This document shows, piece by piece, positions 17,855-27,277 of a DNA stretch of 64,000 nt. The notes beneath the pieces are model-generated. The model was not told the origin of the DNA, did no database searches, and worked only from the letters and a program-made list of their open reading frames with translations. The translations under genes and the position numbers were made by a program. The stretch comes from an uncultured delta proteobacterium. GTDB lineage: Bacteria > Myxococcota_A > Polyangia > Fen-1088. Position 1 is the first letter of the stretch. Every line of letters begins with the position of its first letter. Location of the stretch: the NCBI GenBank assembly GCA_963755125.1, contig CAVWIP010000010.1:192001-256000 (forward strand), read 5' to 3'.

Positions 17855-20800
17855 CTACGCCCGCAACGGCCAGCTCAATGCGCGCAGGCCGCTGCAGCCG
17901 ACTTCACCGAGTGCGCTCCGCATGTCCGACAGCCTGATGCGCTTGTAGGGATTGCGGCGCAACCCCATGGCCAGAAGGTCGGCGAGGGCTCCCGCCTGAC
18001 TGTGTCTGCGCAGCCAGCGCAACGATTCGGGGCCGTCTTCGTGGGTCAGATGCGCGGCGATGATCGCAGGCAATGCGTCCCCACTGAAAAGGGTAGTTCC
18101 GGTCAAGATCTCGTAGGTCAGGCAGGAAAACGCGTAGATATCCGTCGCCCGAGGGTCTACGCCATCGCCGAAGCTAGCGGTGTCCCAAACCTCGGGGGCG
18201 CCGTAGTACGGGCTGCCGCAGCCGGGGCGCACCTTGCGCCCAGCCAAGCCGAAGTCCACCAACACTGGCGCGACGTTGGGGGTTTGCCGGCTGCGCGTCT
18301 GTGGGCCCATCTCGTCCAGATAGCGCAGAATCACGTTGGACGGTTTCACGTCCAGGTGGCCAATGCCCGCGCCATGCATCGCCTCGAGACCCGCGGCCAG
18401 CCCATCGAGAATGTCCAACGCCCTAGGCATGGACATGGCTCGCTTGTCGAGCAGACGTTCGAGCGTGGGGCCCTGAACCAACTCCATCACCAGGATGGGC
18501 TTCGGCTTGGCGCCTGCGTCGAAGGTGACAAACCCGGCCAGGTTCTTGTGGCCGGGCAAGGTGAGAAGCGCGCCCGCTTCCTCGCGGAAAAGGCGGAGGA
18601 ACTCCTCCTCCGACAGGGTATGAGCCGCAGCGCCGGTGTACGCGGGAACCTTCAGCGCAAAGGTCTCGGCCGATTCTTCGTGGCGCGCCTCGGCCCGACG
18701 AGCGACGAAGACTGATCCACCCGCGCCCGTTCCGATGGGTCGCAGCACGCAGAATCCACCGAGGATGCGGCTGGGCGGCAGCCAGGGCGGCAGGGGAAGC
18801 TGGCGCCCGACCCGGGCCACGCGGGCCATCTCGTCCGACGTCGGCAGATCGCGCGGCAGCCGCCCGATGCGCAGGAGGACGCGGCCGACCACGTCGGCAA
18901 AGAGCGGCGGCAGGTCCTGGCGTACCGCCTCGGCAGCGACCGCAGCGGCCGCGCCCATGCCCTCATCCTTCTCCAGCAAGGCGCGTTCAACCCAGGCGTC
19001 CAGCTTGCGCAGGCCGCGCGCCGACGACGAGGGGAAGAAGCCTTCGCGCAAGCCCGTGCGCCGGGTGGCGCCGGCGATGAGACGAGCGGCATAGGTGATG
19101 GCTCCCGCCAATCGGTCGAGCGCGGTGCCGTCGTCGCCCCGACGCAGGTCGGAAACACACTGCGCCTCGGTGAAGGCATCGAGCGCACGCGTGATGCCGA
19201 GCAGGCCCCGGCGCAGGCCTTCGACCCGCGCCGAGCTGCCCGGTGGCAAGGCCTCCGCAACCCCCCGCAGACCCTGCACCAAAGCGTGCTCATCGGCGTG
19301 GCGCCCGCTGCGTTCGCCGACCAGGATGGCCACCTCGGCCATGGCCGCAAAAAGTTCCCTGAATTCCGGCGCCATGCACGCCTCGGCGAGACAGCGTAGG
19401 TCAAAAACGCTCTGCACGCACCAACACACGGCAATGAAGGCGTCGGACAGTTCGTACACCTGCTCGCGCACGACCGCGTCCGCAGCACGGGCCAGGATCG
19501 CGTATGTCAACCGCCGCAGGGGCGTGACCGTGTCACCGCGCGCCCGCTCACACAGCATGCGGAAGGTGTGCGTACAGCGACTGCGCACGGGAATCGATGG
19601 CTCGTCGGAGGCGCCGAATTCCGCGTCTACCAGATGGAGCAAAGTCCGCAGTTGGCGAAAGCGAAGGGTCACATGCGGGATGTTCTTGTCGACCAGAGGC
19701 TGCTGTTCGCGGCCGAGCAGCCAACTGCCAAGCAACCACAGCATATCCGCCAGCGGGCCGTCGGGCCCTGGATCCTCGCGGCTGCGAACCGTGAGCAGAT
19801 CGGACAGCGTGGACGTCTGCAAGAGCCCTGCGTCCAGCTCACGCAGGGCGCGGAAGAGAGCCTGGCGATCGGCCGAGGTCGAGTCGCCGGTATTCTCCAA
19901 GATGGCGATGGCCCGGTTGGCCGCTGCCAAGGCCGCGTCGGTCGCTGGACCGAGATCGCTGCCTTCTGCAAAAGCGAGCAGGGCGGCCGCGAGCGTGGTG
20001 CGCAACGAGGGTGTTCGGTTGGCCGCACCCATGTCCAAATCGTCCATCAGTGCCTGCACCAGTGCCACCGCGCCGTCATCATCGGTCGGCGCGGTCGCGC
20101 GAAAAGTCTCCACCGCATTGAACGCCGCCTGGAAGCCGATGGGGTTGCCGGCATGCTCCTCGTGCAGGTCGACGAGCGCCTCGATGGCCTCGATGCCACC
20201 TACCAGGACGAGCTTGGTCAGCAGTTCTTCCGACGCCTCGGGCTCTTCTTCAACGGCGCGCGAAAGGCCGAAGATCATCACCGACGCCACACCGGGATCC
20301 TTGGCGGTGATCTCGCCGGTCAGGATCTCCACACAGCGCGCCAGGGCCTTGTCGGGATCGTGCGAAACCATGGCGGCCAGCGAGGTGGCAGCACGCCGCC
20401 ATTCGCTGGGACCCAGACGGGGCCCGAGGTCCCGTTCGATCTCCTCTGCGCGCATGGGTACAGTTGCGGCCAGCAGGCCGCGCGCGGCGGCCACGTGACG
20501 CCACACCAGCGACTCGCGATCGCCGATGAGACGGCTCCACGCCGCGCGAACCGTCGGGCGGTCGAAGACGCGCACGCCGCTGTCGTCCCCCTCCTCGGCA
20601 CGACGGGCGGCCTCGCGCGCGGCCCGTTCAAGCAGGCGCCCAGCCAGACGGCGCGAGGGCAAAGCACCAAGTGAATGCCCGGTCAGCCATTCGCGTTCCA
20701 GTTCAGGCCGCGAGATGAGCGCCAGGGCAAGGGTGTCCGCGCCTGTTCCCGCCGCTAGGGGTAGACGCAGCGAAAGCGCCACGCGTGCGCGCACCAGTGC

Positions 20801-21193
20801 GCCCCCGAGCGCGCGCGGAGACGCCAGAGCGAGCGAGGTCGCGAGCGTCACGAAGGTGGCGGCATCCCCCTCGTGCAGGGCGGTCAACACCCGCCGGCCC
20901 AACTCGCGCTTTTCCGGCCCGGGCGGCAGCGCGCCCGCCAGTTCGAAGAGGGCGGCCATGGCCACCGGTCGTGAAAGGAAGCTCAAATCCTCGAGGAGCC
21001 CGCTGGACACAGCCAACCGCACACTGTTCAGGAGTGGCTCGGTAGCCAGGCCTTCGAGCGGCGTGGGTTGTTGCTCCGAGGCCGCTGCCGCCAAGCTGGC
21101 CAGGCCCTGCCGCCATAGCGCTCGCCTCTCCTCCACGCTCTCGCGGGTGTGGATTTGCGCAAGCCCTGCCAGGTAGTCGTGCGTGCCGTGCAT
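17855..21193 (-). CDS. Large Ser/Thr protein kinase: about 800-aa helical N-terminus, C-terminal Hanks-type kinase domain
   Basis: IGTGAGGSV, FALK, LVMELVQG, HLDVKPSN, DFG, YGAPE, DIYAF. Start moved to ATG 21193. Confidence 0.88.
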   Translation of the reverse strand: MHGTHDYLAGLAQIHTRESVEERRALWRQGLASLAAAASEQQPTPLEGLATEPLLNSVRLAVSSGLLEDLSFLSRPVAMAALFELAGALPPGPEKRELGRRVLTALHEGDAATFVTLATSLALASPRALGGALVRARVALSLRLPLAAGTGADTLALALISRPELEREWLTGHSLGALPSRRLAGRLLERAAREAARRAEEGDDSGVRVFDRPTVRAAWSRLIGDRESLVWRHVAAARGLLAATVPMRAEEIERDLGPRLGPSEWRRAATSLAAMVSHDPDKALARCVEILTGEITAKDPGVASVMIFGLSRAVEEEPEASEELLTKLVLVGGIEAIEALVDLHEEHAGNPIGFQAAFNAVETFRATAPTDDDGAVALVQALMDDLDMGAANRTPSLRTTLAAALLAFAEGSDLGPATDAALAAANRAIAILENTGDSTSADRQALFRALRELDAGLLQTSTLSDLLTVRSREDPGPDGPLADMLWLLGSWLLGREQQPLVDKNIPHVTLRFRQLRTLLHLVDAEFGASDEPSIPVRSRCTHTFRMLCERARGDTVTPLRRLTYAILARAADAVVREQVYELSDAFIAVCWCVQSVFDLRCLAEACMAPEFRELFAAMAEVAILVGERSGRHADEHALVQGLRGVAEALPPGSSARVEGLRRGLLGITRALDAFTEAQCVSDLRRGDDGTALDRLAGAITYAARLIAGATRRTGLREGFFPSSSARGLRKLDAWVERALLEKDEGMGAAAAVAAEAVRQDLPPLFADVVGRVLLRIGRLPRDLPTSDEMARVARVGRQLPLPPWLPPSRILGGFCVLRPIGTGAGGSVFVARRAEARHEESAETFALKVPAYTGAAAHTLSEEEFLRLFREEAGALLTLPGHKNLAGFVTFDAGAKPKPILVMELVQGPTLERLLDKRAMSMPRALDILDGLAAGLEAMHGAGIGHLDVKPSNVILRYLDEMGPQTRSRQTPNVAPVLVDFGLAGRKVRPGCGSPYYGAPEVWDTASFGDGVDPRATDIYAFSCLTYEILTGTTLFSGDALPAIIAAHLTHEDGPESLRWLRRHSQAGALADLLAMGLRRNPYKRIRLSDMRSALGEVGCSGLRALSWPLRA

Positions 21194-21300
21194 ACGCCGC
21201 AGCCTGCTAGCGTACCAGTGTCGCAGGAAAATGAACAAGCCGGCGTGGAGCGTCTGGGGTGCGCACCGCGGCGCACGACCCGGCCCGAATCGAGCTGCCG

Positions 21301-21744
21301 CTACGAGAGTTGTTTCGTTTCGGGCCGCTCGAACTCCGGGAAGCGAAAAGTGACAAGCCCGTCGTCTGACACGTCCATCAAGCAGGCGTTCTCTTTGGCC
21401 AGCCGTTCGAGCTCCTCGCGGGCCTGGTCGACGGTCAGGTCACCATCGGCTGCGGCACTGATGGGCGTGAGATGACCCCGGTGATGGCGGGCTGCTGCCA
21501 GAACACGCTGCTCGATGGATGGGCCGGGTACGGCGCCAGCCGGTTCCAATCCGGGCCCCGCTCCCTTCATGCGTTCGCCCGAACGCAACAGGAGTGCACC
21601 ACCGCCGACGAAAATGCTTGCCACCACGAGGCTGAAGATAGCGCTGCCGTAGTTGCCGCTGCTGGCAAGCCCGATCGTTGCCGCGGTAGGAAGCGCACCA
21701 AAGGCGATCAGCACCCAGCCCACGGCCTTGACTATGAAGCGCAT
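21301..21744 (-). CDS. Hypothetical 2-TM membrane protein with a winged-helix-like C-terminus
   Basis: Two hydrophobic helices, then GHLTP..LTVDQAREELERL..MDVSDDGLVTFRFPE. Confidence 0.7.
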   Translation of the reverse strand: MRFIVKAVGWVLIAFGALPTAATIGLASSGNYGSAIFSLVVASIFVGGGALLLRSGERMKGAGPGLEPAGAVPGPSIEQRVLAAARHHRGHLTPISAAADGDLTVDQAREELERLAKENACLMDVSDDGLVTFRFPEFERPETKQLS

Positions 21745-21760
21745 GGGGATCTTTCCTGTC

Positions 21761-22510
21761 TCATCGCCTGCTAATGATAGACGACCGGGAAGTTTTGCGG
21801 CAGGGGGTGTCTTCAACCGACCTTCTGGCACTGGCCAAGGCGGGGGTCGCCATTTCGGCTTCCACCCTTGCCACCAGCCATCGAGAAGCGAGAAGCGATC
21901 TTCTTAGCGCCGCAGCCAATCGGCGCATCTGCTTTGCCGTCTGGGAAAGCTTGCGGGCCACGCGTTCTGGTACCGGCAAGGACTGCAGCAGTTCCTTGCG
22001 GAAGCGCGGATGGTGCCCGCCTTCCTGACCAGCGGCCAGGGCCGCCTGCACGCGCTCGGACAGCAAGAAGGGCACCAATCCCGCAGCATCCCGTCCATCA
22101 CGGCCGCGCAGCACGAAGAACTCGGTGCTGACCACCACTGTGTTTCCGCCTGGACGCAGCCGAAAAAGCGCCTGATCGACGAGAGCCACCTGATGAAGGT
22201 AGGGCCGCAAGCGCGAGATAATGACGTCGCCCGCCTGTACGCGCCGCTTGGCGCTTCCCATGCTCGCGGGCGGAACCGGATCGTGTCGAAACACCACAAA
22301 GCCCTGGTAGGCGTGCGTGGTGTCGAGAATGAGAACAGCATCCGGCGATTTCCACCCGCTTGCCGAGACGTTCACGTCGACGATGTCCACAACATCGGCC
22401 AGGCAGCGTCGCGCGACGACCTCGACTCGGCGGCGGGGATCGAATCGCTCCGGCGCCAGCACGAGCCCATTGCCCAGGTCAGCCACGCGGCGGAGCACGT
22501 GAATGCCCAC
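21761..22510 (-). CDS. Restriction-modification specificity (HsdS-like) protein with a single TRD
   Basis: LAPERF N-terminus, SAKRRVQAGDVIISRLRPYL, VVSTEFFVLR, HPR..LQSLPVP. Starts 3 bp downstream of the MTase. Confidence 0.72.
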   Translation of the reverse strand: MGIHVLRRVADLGNGLVLAPERFDPRRRVEVVARRCLADVVDIVDVNVSASGWKSPDAVLILDTTHAYQGFVVFRHDPVPPASMGSAKRRVQAGDVIISRLRPYLHQVALVDQALFRLRPGGNTVVVSTEFFVLRGRDGRDAAGLVPFLLSERVQAALAAGQEGGHHPRFRKELLQSLPVPERVARKLSQTAKQMRRLAAALRRSLLASRWLVARVEAEMATPALASARRSVEDTPCRKTSRSSIISRR

Positions 22511-22513
22511 GGC

Positions 22514-23725
22514 TCAGGCTCCTCCTTGCAGAAGCTCGAAGCGACGCCGAACCAGCGGCGTGGCCTGGGCGAGGTCATGGTCAATCGCGTCTCCATCCGG
22601 AGTGTACGCGAGTCGCCCGCGATGATCCTTGCCGTCGCGCTCGCTAATGAAGAAGAGGATCTCCTCGTCGCGATGAAGGTGCGTGGGCTGGGGACGCTTG
22701 CAGCCGATGACCACGCAGGCCTTCTGGCTGGTGTGGGGCTGAAAGGTGTTCCGGCCCAGGCCGAGCACGGCCACCACGGCAACCTGCTCCAGCAACCAGG
22801 CCCGCAGGTACGCCCATCGCTCGGCGCCAACCTTGTTGTGAGGAAGCACGATAGCCAGGCGTCCCTGCGGTTTGAGAAGCTCCACGCAGCGCTCGAGAAA
22901 CAAGACATCGCGTTCCGCGCGATGGCCGCGCGCGAGTTCATACGAATCGGCGTACTCGCACCCCACGTCCCCGGCAAAGGGCGGATTGGTCAGCAGGACG
23001 TCGAAGCCTTGGAATCTTGGATCCCGCGCGCGCATGAGATCCTCAAGAACTGCAGTCGATCCGGCTCGCAGGCGCCGCTCCGCGCGTCTCAGGCTATCGA
23101 CCCTCATCAGCCGCGCGGTCGCCTGACCACTGGCTGCCAACATCACGCGGGCAACCCGCAGCGCGCGAGGATCCTGATCGAAGCCCCATACCGAGCACCT
23201 AGGGGCCTGCCCAAGCGCATGGCGAAGAAAGCCGCCCGAGCCGCAAGCCGGATCGACCACGCTCTCGCCAGCCGTGGGCTTGACCATGGCCACCACCTCG
23301 GCGATCACATGCCGGGGCGTGAAGTACTGCCCCTTCTCGCCCTTGGCGGCCTTGGCGACCATGACCTCGAAAATGGCATCAAGCCCGACCATCTCGTCGG
23401 CGAGCAAAGGCATGCCATCCAACAGGGAAGCACAGCGTGCAAGCTCGGGCTCATTCAGCCGCGTGGTGGCTCGAGCCGCAAGAATGCCGGGCCATCGTTC
23501 GCTGGCGGCCCGTAGTAGCCGATTGATTTCGCCCACGGCTCCGTCATCACGGTGCCGCGCTAGAAACGCCAGGCTCGAAGCATCCATTTCGTGCGCCAGC
23601 TTCGCCACCAGCAGCTTGAGCGCCTCCTCGAATGGGTCTTCGCCGCTGTGGGCGCAGATGATCTCGTCGAGTCGGTGCGCCGCAGATTCCCAGTCGCTGT
23701 GGCGAAACCCGTGGCGTCTGGTCAT
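22514..23725 (-). CDS. N6-adenine DNA methyltransferase (HsdM / N6_Mtase-like, gamma class)
   Basis: GQYFTPRHV, VDPACGSGGFL (SAM binding), LTNPPF (catalytic), GRLAIVLP. Start moved to ATG 23725. Confidence 0.9.
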   Translation of the reverse strand: MTRRHGFRHSDWESAAHRLDEIICAHSGEDPFEEALKLLVAKLAHEMDASSLAFLARHRDDGAVGEINRLLRAASERWPGILAARATTRLNEPELARCASLLDGMPLLADEMVGLDAIFEVMVAKAAKGEKGQYFTPRHVIAEVVAMVKPTAGESVVDPACGSGGFLRHALGQAPRCSVWGFDQDPRALRVARVMLAASGQATARLMRVDSLRRAERRLRAGSTAVLEDLMRARDPRFQGFDVLLTNPPFAGDVGCEYADSYELARGHRAERDVLFLERCVELLKPQGRLAIVLPHNKVGAERWAYLRAWLLEQVAVVAVLGLGRNTFQPHTSQKACVVIGCKRPQPTHLHRDEEILFFISERDGKDHRGRLAYTPDGDAIDHDLAQATPLVRRRFELLQGGA

Positions 23726-23851
23726 TGGGCTAGCGCGCCTCCGCCGACCGGAGAGAGCCAGAACAGCCTTTCCATTCGACTGAGCTACTACCTGACAAAC
23801 CGACAAGAGTCCACCCAGTCGCTGCAATCGCAATCCGCCATTCTCCGTCGC

Positions 23852-23866
23852 TGGCACGGGGTTGGC
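23852..23866 (+). promoter_or_regulatory. Putative sigma-54 promoter
   Basis: TGGCACG-GGGT-TGGC keeps the GG-N10-GC spacing. It lies upstream of the 23976 ORF. Confidence 0.35.
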
Positions 23867-23975
23867 TGACGCGCGTGTAGGACCGCGGCTGACAATACGT
23901 CGCGGTGTTTGCGTACAGCGTTTTCAGCATCGCGTCCGACTGCTTCCGGATCGTGTGGCGCGTACGCTATCAAAC

Positions 23976-24362
23976 GTGAAAACCATCTTGTTGGTCGAAG
24001 GCAACGGCAGCGTTCGCTGGATCGCGCGCAGGCTGCGCGACGCTGGCGCTGGCCGAGTGCTGGAAGTTGCCAACAGGACGGAAGTCGCGCGGCTCACAGG
24101 AAGCCACGCGAGCCTCATCGATATTCTGGCAAGCGAATCCGGCCAACCCCGGCTGGACGCCACGGCGCTTGCCCGGCAACGCTTTGACCGAAGGCCGAGA
24201 CCAAGTTGGCTACAGGCAGCCTGCCCGGCGTCCCTATCCCTCCCCCCCACCCCAAGAACCCCGACCCCGAACGACGCCTTGCAGTTTGCTCGCAGCATCC
24301 GTCCCGACCACCTCCTGCACGCCGTGCGGAAGGCCTTCGACGGCTTTCCGCACGGCGGCTAG
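23976..24362 (+). CDS. Hypothetical protein, possibly a degenerate receiver domain
   Basis: Starts KTILLVE..IARRLRDAG..VLEVAN, like a REC beta1-alpha1-beta2. The acidic pocket and KP motifs are degenerate. Confidence 0.35.
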   Translation: MKTILLVEGNGSVRWIARRLRDAGAGRVLEVANRTEVARLTGSHASLIDILASESGQPRLDATALARQRFDRRPRPSWLQAACPASLSLPPTPRTPTPNDALQFARSIRPDHLLHAVRKAFDGFPHGG

Positions 24363-24365
24363 GAG

Positions 24366-24460
24366 CGTTCCGCTCTCACTCCCGTCTCCGATCTCGACGA
24401 ACCGGCTCTCTCACAACCTCACGTGGTTTAGGGACCGGGGACGGGAGGGAGAGCGGAACG
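24366..24460. repeat. Long inverted repeat (25-bp arms, 23/25 matching)
   Basis: CGTTCCGCTCTCACTCCCGTCTCCG (24366-24390) pairs with CGGGGACGGGAGGGAGAGCGGAACG (24436-24460). It lies between convergent ORFs. Confidence 0.8.
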
Positions 24461-24464
24461 TGGA

Positions 24465-24512
24465 TCTGGGGACCCTGAAAGGGTTCGCTCCGCCCTTCGG
24501 CCCCCCACGCGA
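24465..24512 (-). repeat. REP/BIME-like dispersed repeat, copy B
   Basis: The minus strand directly after the TAA stop reads TCGCGTGGGGGGCCGAAGGGCGGAGCGAACCCTTTCAGGGTCCCCAGA. Confidence 0.75.
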
Positions 24513-25517
24513 TTAGGCGGCCGCCCGCGATTTTCGTCTATGCCGCCGCCATAGCGCAAAGACCAGGCCGGTGATGGCAAGCAGCCAGACGCCGAAGAGC
24601 ACGGCCGAGGTGTAGGGGAAGACTAGCCGGAGCGACGAGTTGGGCGTGAGCCGGGTGGGCAGCGCGTGGCGATGGTCGAGGGCCAGAAAATCCATGAGGA
24701 CGGCCACCGTCGCGTGCACGAGAAACCCTGCCCAGATGCTGCGGGTCTTCATCGAGAGCGAGCCCAGCACAACGCCGGCCACCAGGGCTCCACACGCCTC
24801 GAGGTACGGCTTGGGGAAATGGATCATGACGTAGGGACCGACCATGAAGAAAATGGCGTTGCTTCCCAGGCCACGCGATCCCCGCACCCAGAAGCCGCGA
24901 AAAAACACTTCCAAGGTGAAGAATTGGCCCACGTAAACAGCTTCCCAAACCGCGAGGTCGAGCCACGAGCGACTGGTCGAGGGATACATGGGGTAGTAAG
25001 TGCCGAAGTCACCCATGTGAGCGACCAGCGCGAGGATCGGAATCACCACCGACAGGCAAAAAAGATAGATCCACGCGTGCTCAAGAAAGCCACGCACGCG
25101 CAGGCCGAGATCGAGGGGATTCTCCTTGAACAGCAACGGCCAAACCACCAGAGGCAGCAGGTAGACCGCGTAGCGCGACAGGCCCCAGTAGATCCGCCAG
25201 TAGAGATCCTCGTACAGCCAGACCTGGAGAGTCCCGGGATGAGAGGCCTCGTACCGTTTCAAGGCAGGCACGACGCGCGCGTCGAAGAACTCCAGGCTGC
25301 CGAAGTAATTGATGAGGATGAGACAGAACACAGCCAGCACCAGGGTGACTGGCGTGCGCGGGTCCAGGCGTCCCCCGCGCGCCTGGCGATGGGCCAGCGC
25401 TGCGGCGTCCAAGGTCGCCCAGGTGTCGCGGAAGAACCACACGATGACAGGCGCGAGCCCGGCCAGCACGACGACCGAGATCACGAACTGGCCAAGTGGG
25501 TGGTTGAGGATGTTCAT
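24513..25517 (-). CDS. CPBP (CAAX/Abi/Rce1-like) intramembrane glutamic endopeptidase
   Basis: LEVFFRGF, YVMIHFPKP, TRSIWAGFLVH motifs, multiple TM helices. Confidence 0.85.
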   Translation of the reverse strand: MNILNHPLGQFVISVVVLAGLAPVIVWFFRDTWATLDAAALAHRQARGGRLDPRTPVTLVLAVFCLILINYFGSLEFFDARVVPALKRYEASHPGTLQVWLYEDLYWRIYWGLSRYAVYLLPLVVWPLLFKENPLDLGLRVRGFLEHAWIYLFCLSVVIPILALVAHMGDFGTYYPMYPSTSRSWLDLAVWEAVYVGQFFTLEVFFRGFWVRGSRGLGSNAIFFMVGPYVMIHFPKPYLEACGALVAGVVLGSLSMKTRSIWAGFLVHATVAVLMDFLALDHRHALPTRLTPNSSLRLVFPYTSAVLFGVWLLAITGLVFALWRRHRRKSRAAA

Positions 25518-25620
25518 CCGCGCGCCGGTCGGTTATCCCGGATTTCCCGGGTTCCCACAACATGCGCCCTCACCGCGTATGCGTTGACCCAGCCGCCAGA
25601 CCGTGGCAAGACACTCCGTC

Positions 25621-25923
25621 ATGCCGGTAATCAAGTCGATCAAGGACATCGTGGTGGGGCAAGCCTTGCGCTTGGCAGGCAACCCGCGCGTAAGCAAGCT
25701 GGCCAGCGACCCCCGCCTGATGAACGCGGCCATGAAGGCCCTCAGTCTGGGCGGCACGCTCAAGTCCGGGATGGACCGAGCGGGCGGCGTGGCAGCCGGG
25801 GTCTTCGGGTTGGCCACCCAGCAAGAGGTCGCCAGCCTGCGCTCCACCATTCAGCAGTTGGAGGACACGGTGTCCACGCTAGAGGCCAAGACGGCCGCCT
25901 CCAGGGCAGCCCCTTCCCCTTAG
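25621..25923 (+). CDS. Small hypothetical coiled-coil protein (phasin-like C-terminus)
   Basis: GLATQQEVASLRSTIQQLEDTV heptads. Fills the gap between flanking genes. Confidence 0.65.
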   Translation: MPVIKSIKDIVVGQALRLAGNPRVSKLASDPRLMNAAMKALSLGGTLKSGMDRAGGVAAGVFGLATQQEVASLRSTIQQLEDTVSTLEAKTAASRAAPSP

Positions 25924-25930
25924 CAGAATC

Positions 25931-27274
25931 CTACTGCGGGCAAGCCGGGGCGAACCCGAGCGGCGGCAAGCCGAAACAGGTGTGGGTCTGCCCAGAGCCG
26001 CTCAGGGCCAAACAGGTTGGGGCCGCCCAGCAAGTCTGTCGGTTCGCGCCTGGATCACAAGCTGTCACCAGCCGGCCTTGTGGCTGCGTGACGTAGTCGA
26101 TTTCGATATGGACGCCGGCCAGCGCTTCCGTCCCGATCGCGCCGTCGACCTGAGCGCCCGAGGGGAAATCTTCGTTGAGGCTGCTGATGAGGTCGCTGGT
26201 GTCGCTGATGACGGCGGCGGGCAGGTTGGAGCCGGCCTCCAGGTAGGCGGCAGCCGGCAAGGCCACTCCTCCACTGACGTCGCACGGCTGAAAGCAGGCG
26301 CCATTCCCCTGGTTGGCCAGCGTCCATTCGATGCGGCGGTCGCGCGCCAACTCGGCGCAGGCCCCTGGCCATGGGTCGCCCGAATCTCCATCTACCAGCG
26401 CCAAGCGCGACACGGTCACCCAGTGCGCAGGAATGGGATCGGCGACAAGAGGTGAGTAGAGCGGTGACTCACCCGCCCCCAGCGGCGCCGGCATGTCGCC
26501 GCCCAGCCGCTGCCATGCACTCGCGCTCAGCACCAGCGGGCCGTGCCCCGTGCTGAGCGCGAGAAGAAGATTCGTTCCTGCCGCCTGTACCTCGACCTCT
26601 CCCGCGCCGCAGGTTTGCGCCGGCCCGTCAGGAGAGAATGCCGGAGGGTTGCCGCACACCCGCATCACCACGCGGCTGGACGGTAGACCCGGCAGCCCAT
26701 TTCCCGAGGCGGTCGCCGCTGGCGTATCGCCGCGCAGGCTGAACTTCATCACGGCGTAGCCATCCGCCGCCAGATCGGAATCACTTGCTGGAAGGCTGCT
26801 GTAGATAGTCATGGTGGCAGGCTGGGCCGGGTCACGCGGGAGCACGAATGCCAGCGAGAAGTTGTGCAAGATATCTCCGCCCAGAACTCCAGCCACTTGC
26901 GTGTTGGCGTCTCCTACCGCGCCCGCGCAAATATCGAAGAGGGTCACGTCGCGAAATGAAGCTCGCAGAGGCGCCGGGCCGTTCCCGGCACCGAGCAGCT
27001 GAATGTTCCCATCATAGGCCACCGGTTCTGGAGTGGATGAGGGACAGCCCCCGCGGCGCAGGCTGGACAGCAGTGAGCCCGTGTCAATGACCAGCGCCGG
27101 GGTGCCGGAGCCCACTTCCACCCTGGCCAGCGTGGCCCCCAAGGCTGGGCCGCCGGGTTCCGCGGGCGCGCGCTGCAGAGTGATGGGACGCGAATCGTAC
27201 TCGAACACCGGCTCCCCGCTGCAGCCAGGGAACGCGAGAAAGAAACAAAGGGCGGTGAACAGTCTCGCGAACAT
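25931..27274 (-). CDS. Cys-containing lipoprotein with two aspartyl-protease-like lobes
   Basis: Lipobox-like AFPG-C. Lobe 1 LVIDTGS..GVLGGDIL, lobe 2 LALSTG..DGAIGTEAL. Confidence 0.7.
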   Translation of the reverse strand: MFARLFTALCFFLAFPGCSGEPVFEYDSRPITLQRAPAEPGGPALGATLARVEVGSGTPALVIDTGSLLSSLRRGGCPSSTPEPVAYDGNIQLLGAGNGPAPLRASFRDVTLFDICAGAVGDANTQVAGVLGGDILHNFSLAFVLPRDPAQPATMTIYSSLPASDSDLAADGYAVMKFSLRGDTPAATASGNGLPGLPSSRVVMRVCGNPPAFSPDGPAQTCGAGEVEVQAAGTNLLLALSTGHGPLVLSASAWQRLGGDMPAPLGAGESPLYSPLVADPIPAHWVTVSRLALVDGDSGDPWPGACAELARDRRIEWTLANQGNGACFQPCDVSGGVALPAAAYLEAGSNLPAAVISDTSDLISSLNEDFPSGAQVDGAIGTEALAGVHIEIDYVTQPQGRLVTACDPGANRQTCWAAPTCLALSGSGQTHTCFGLPPLGFAPACPQ

Positions 27275-27277
27275 GGT

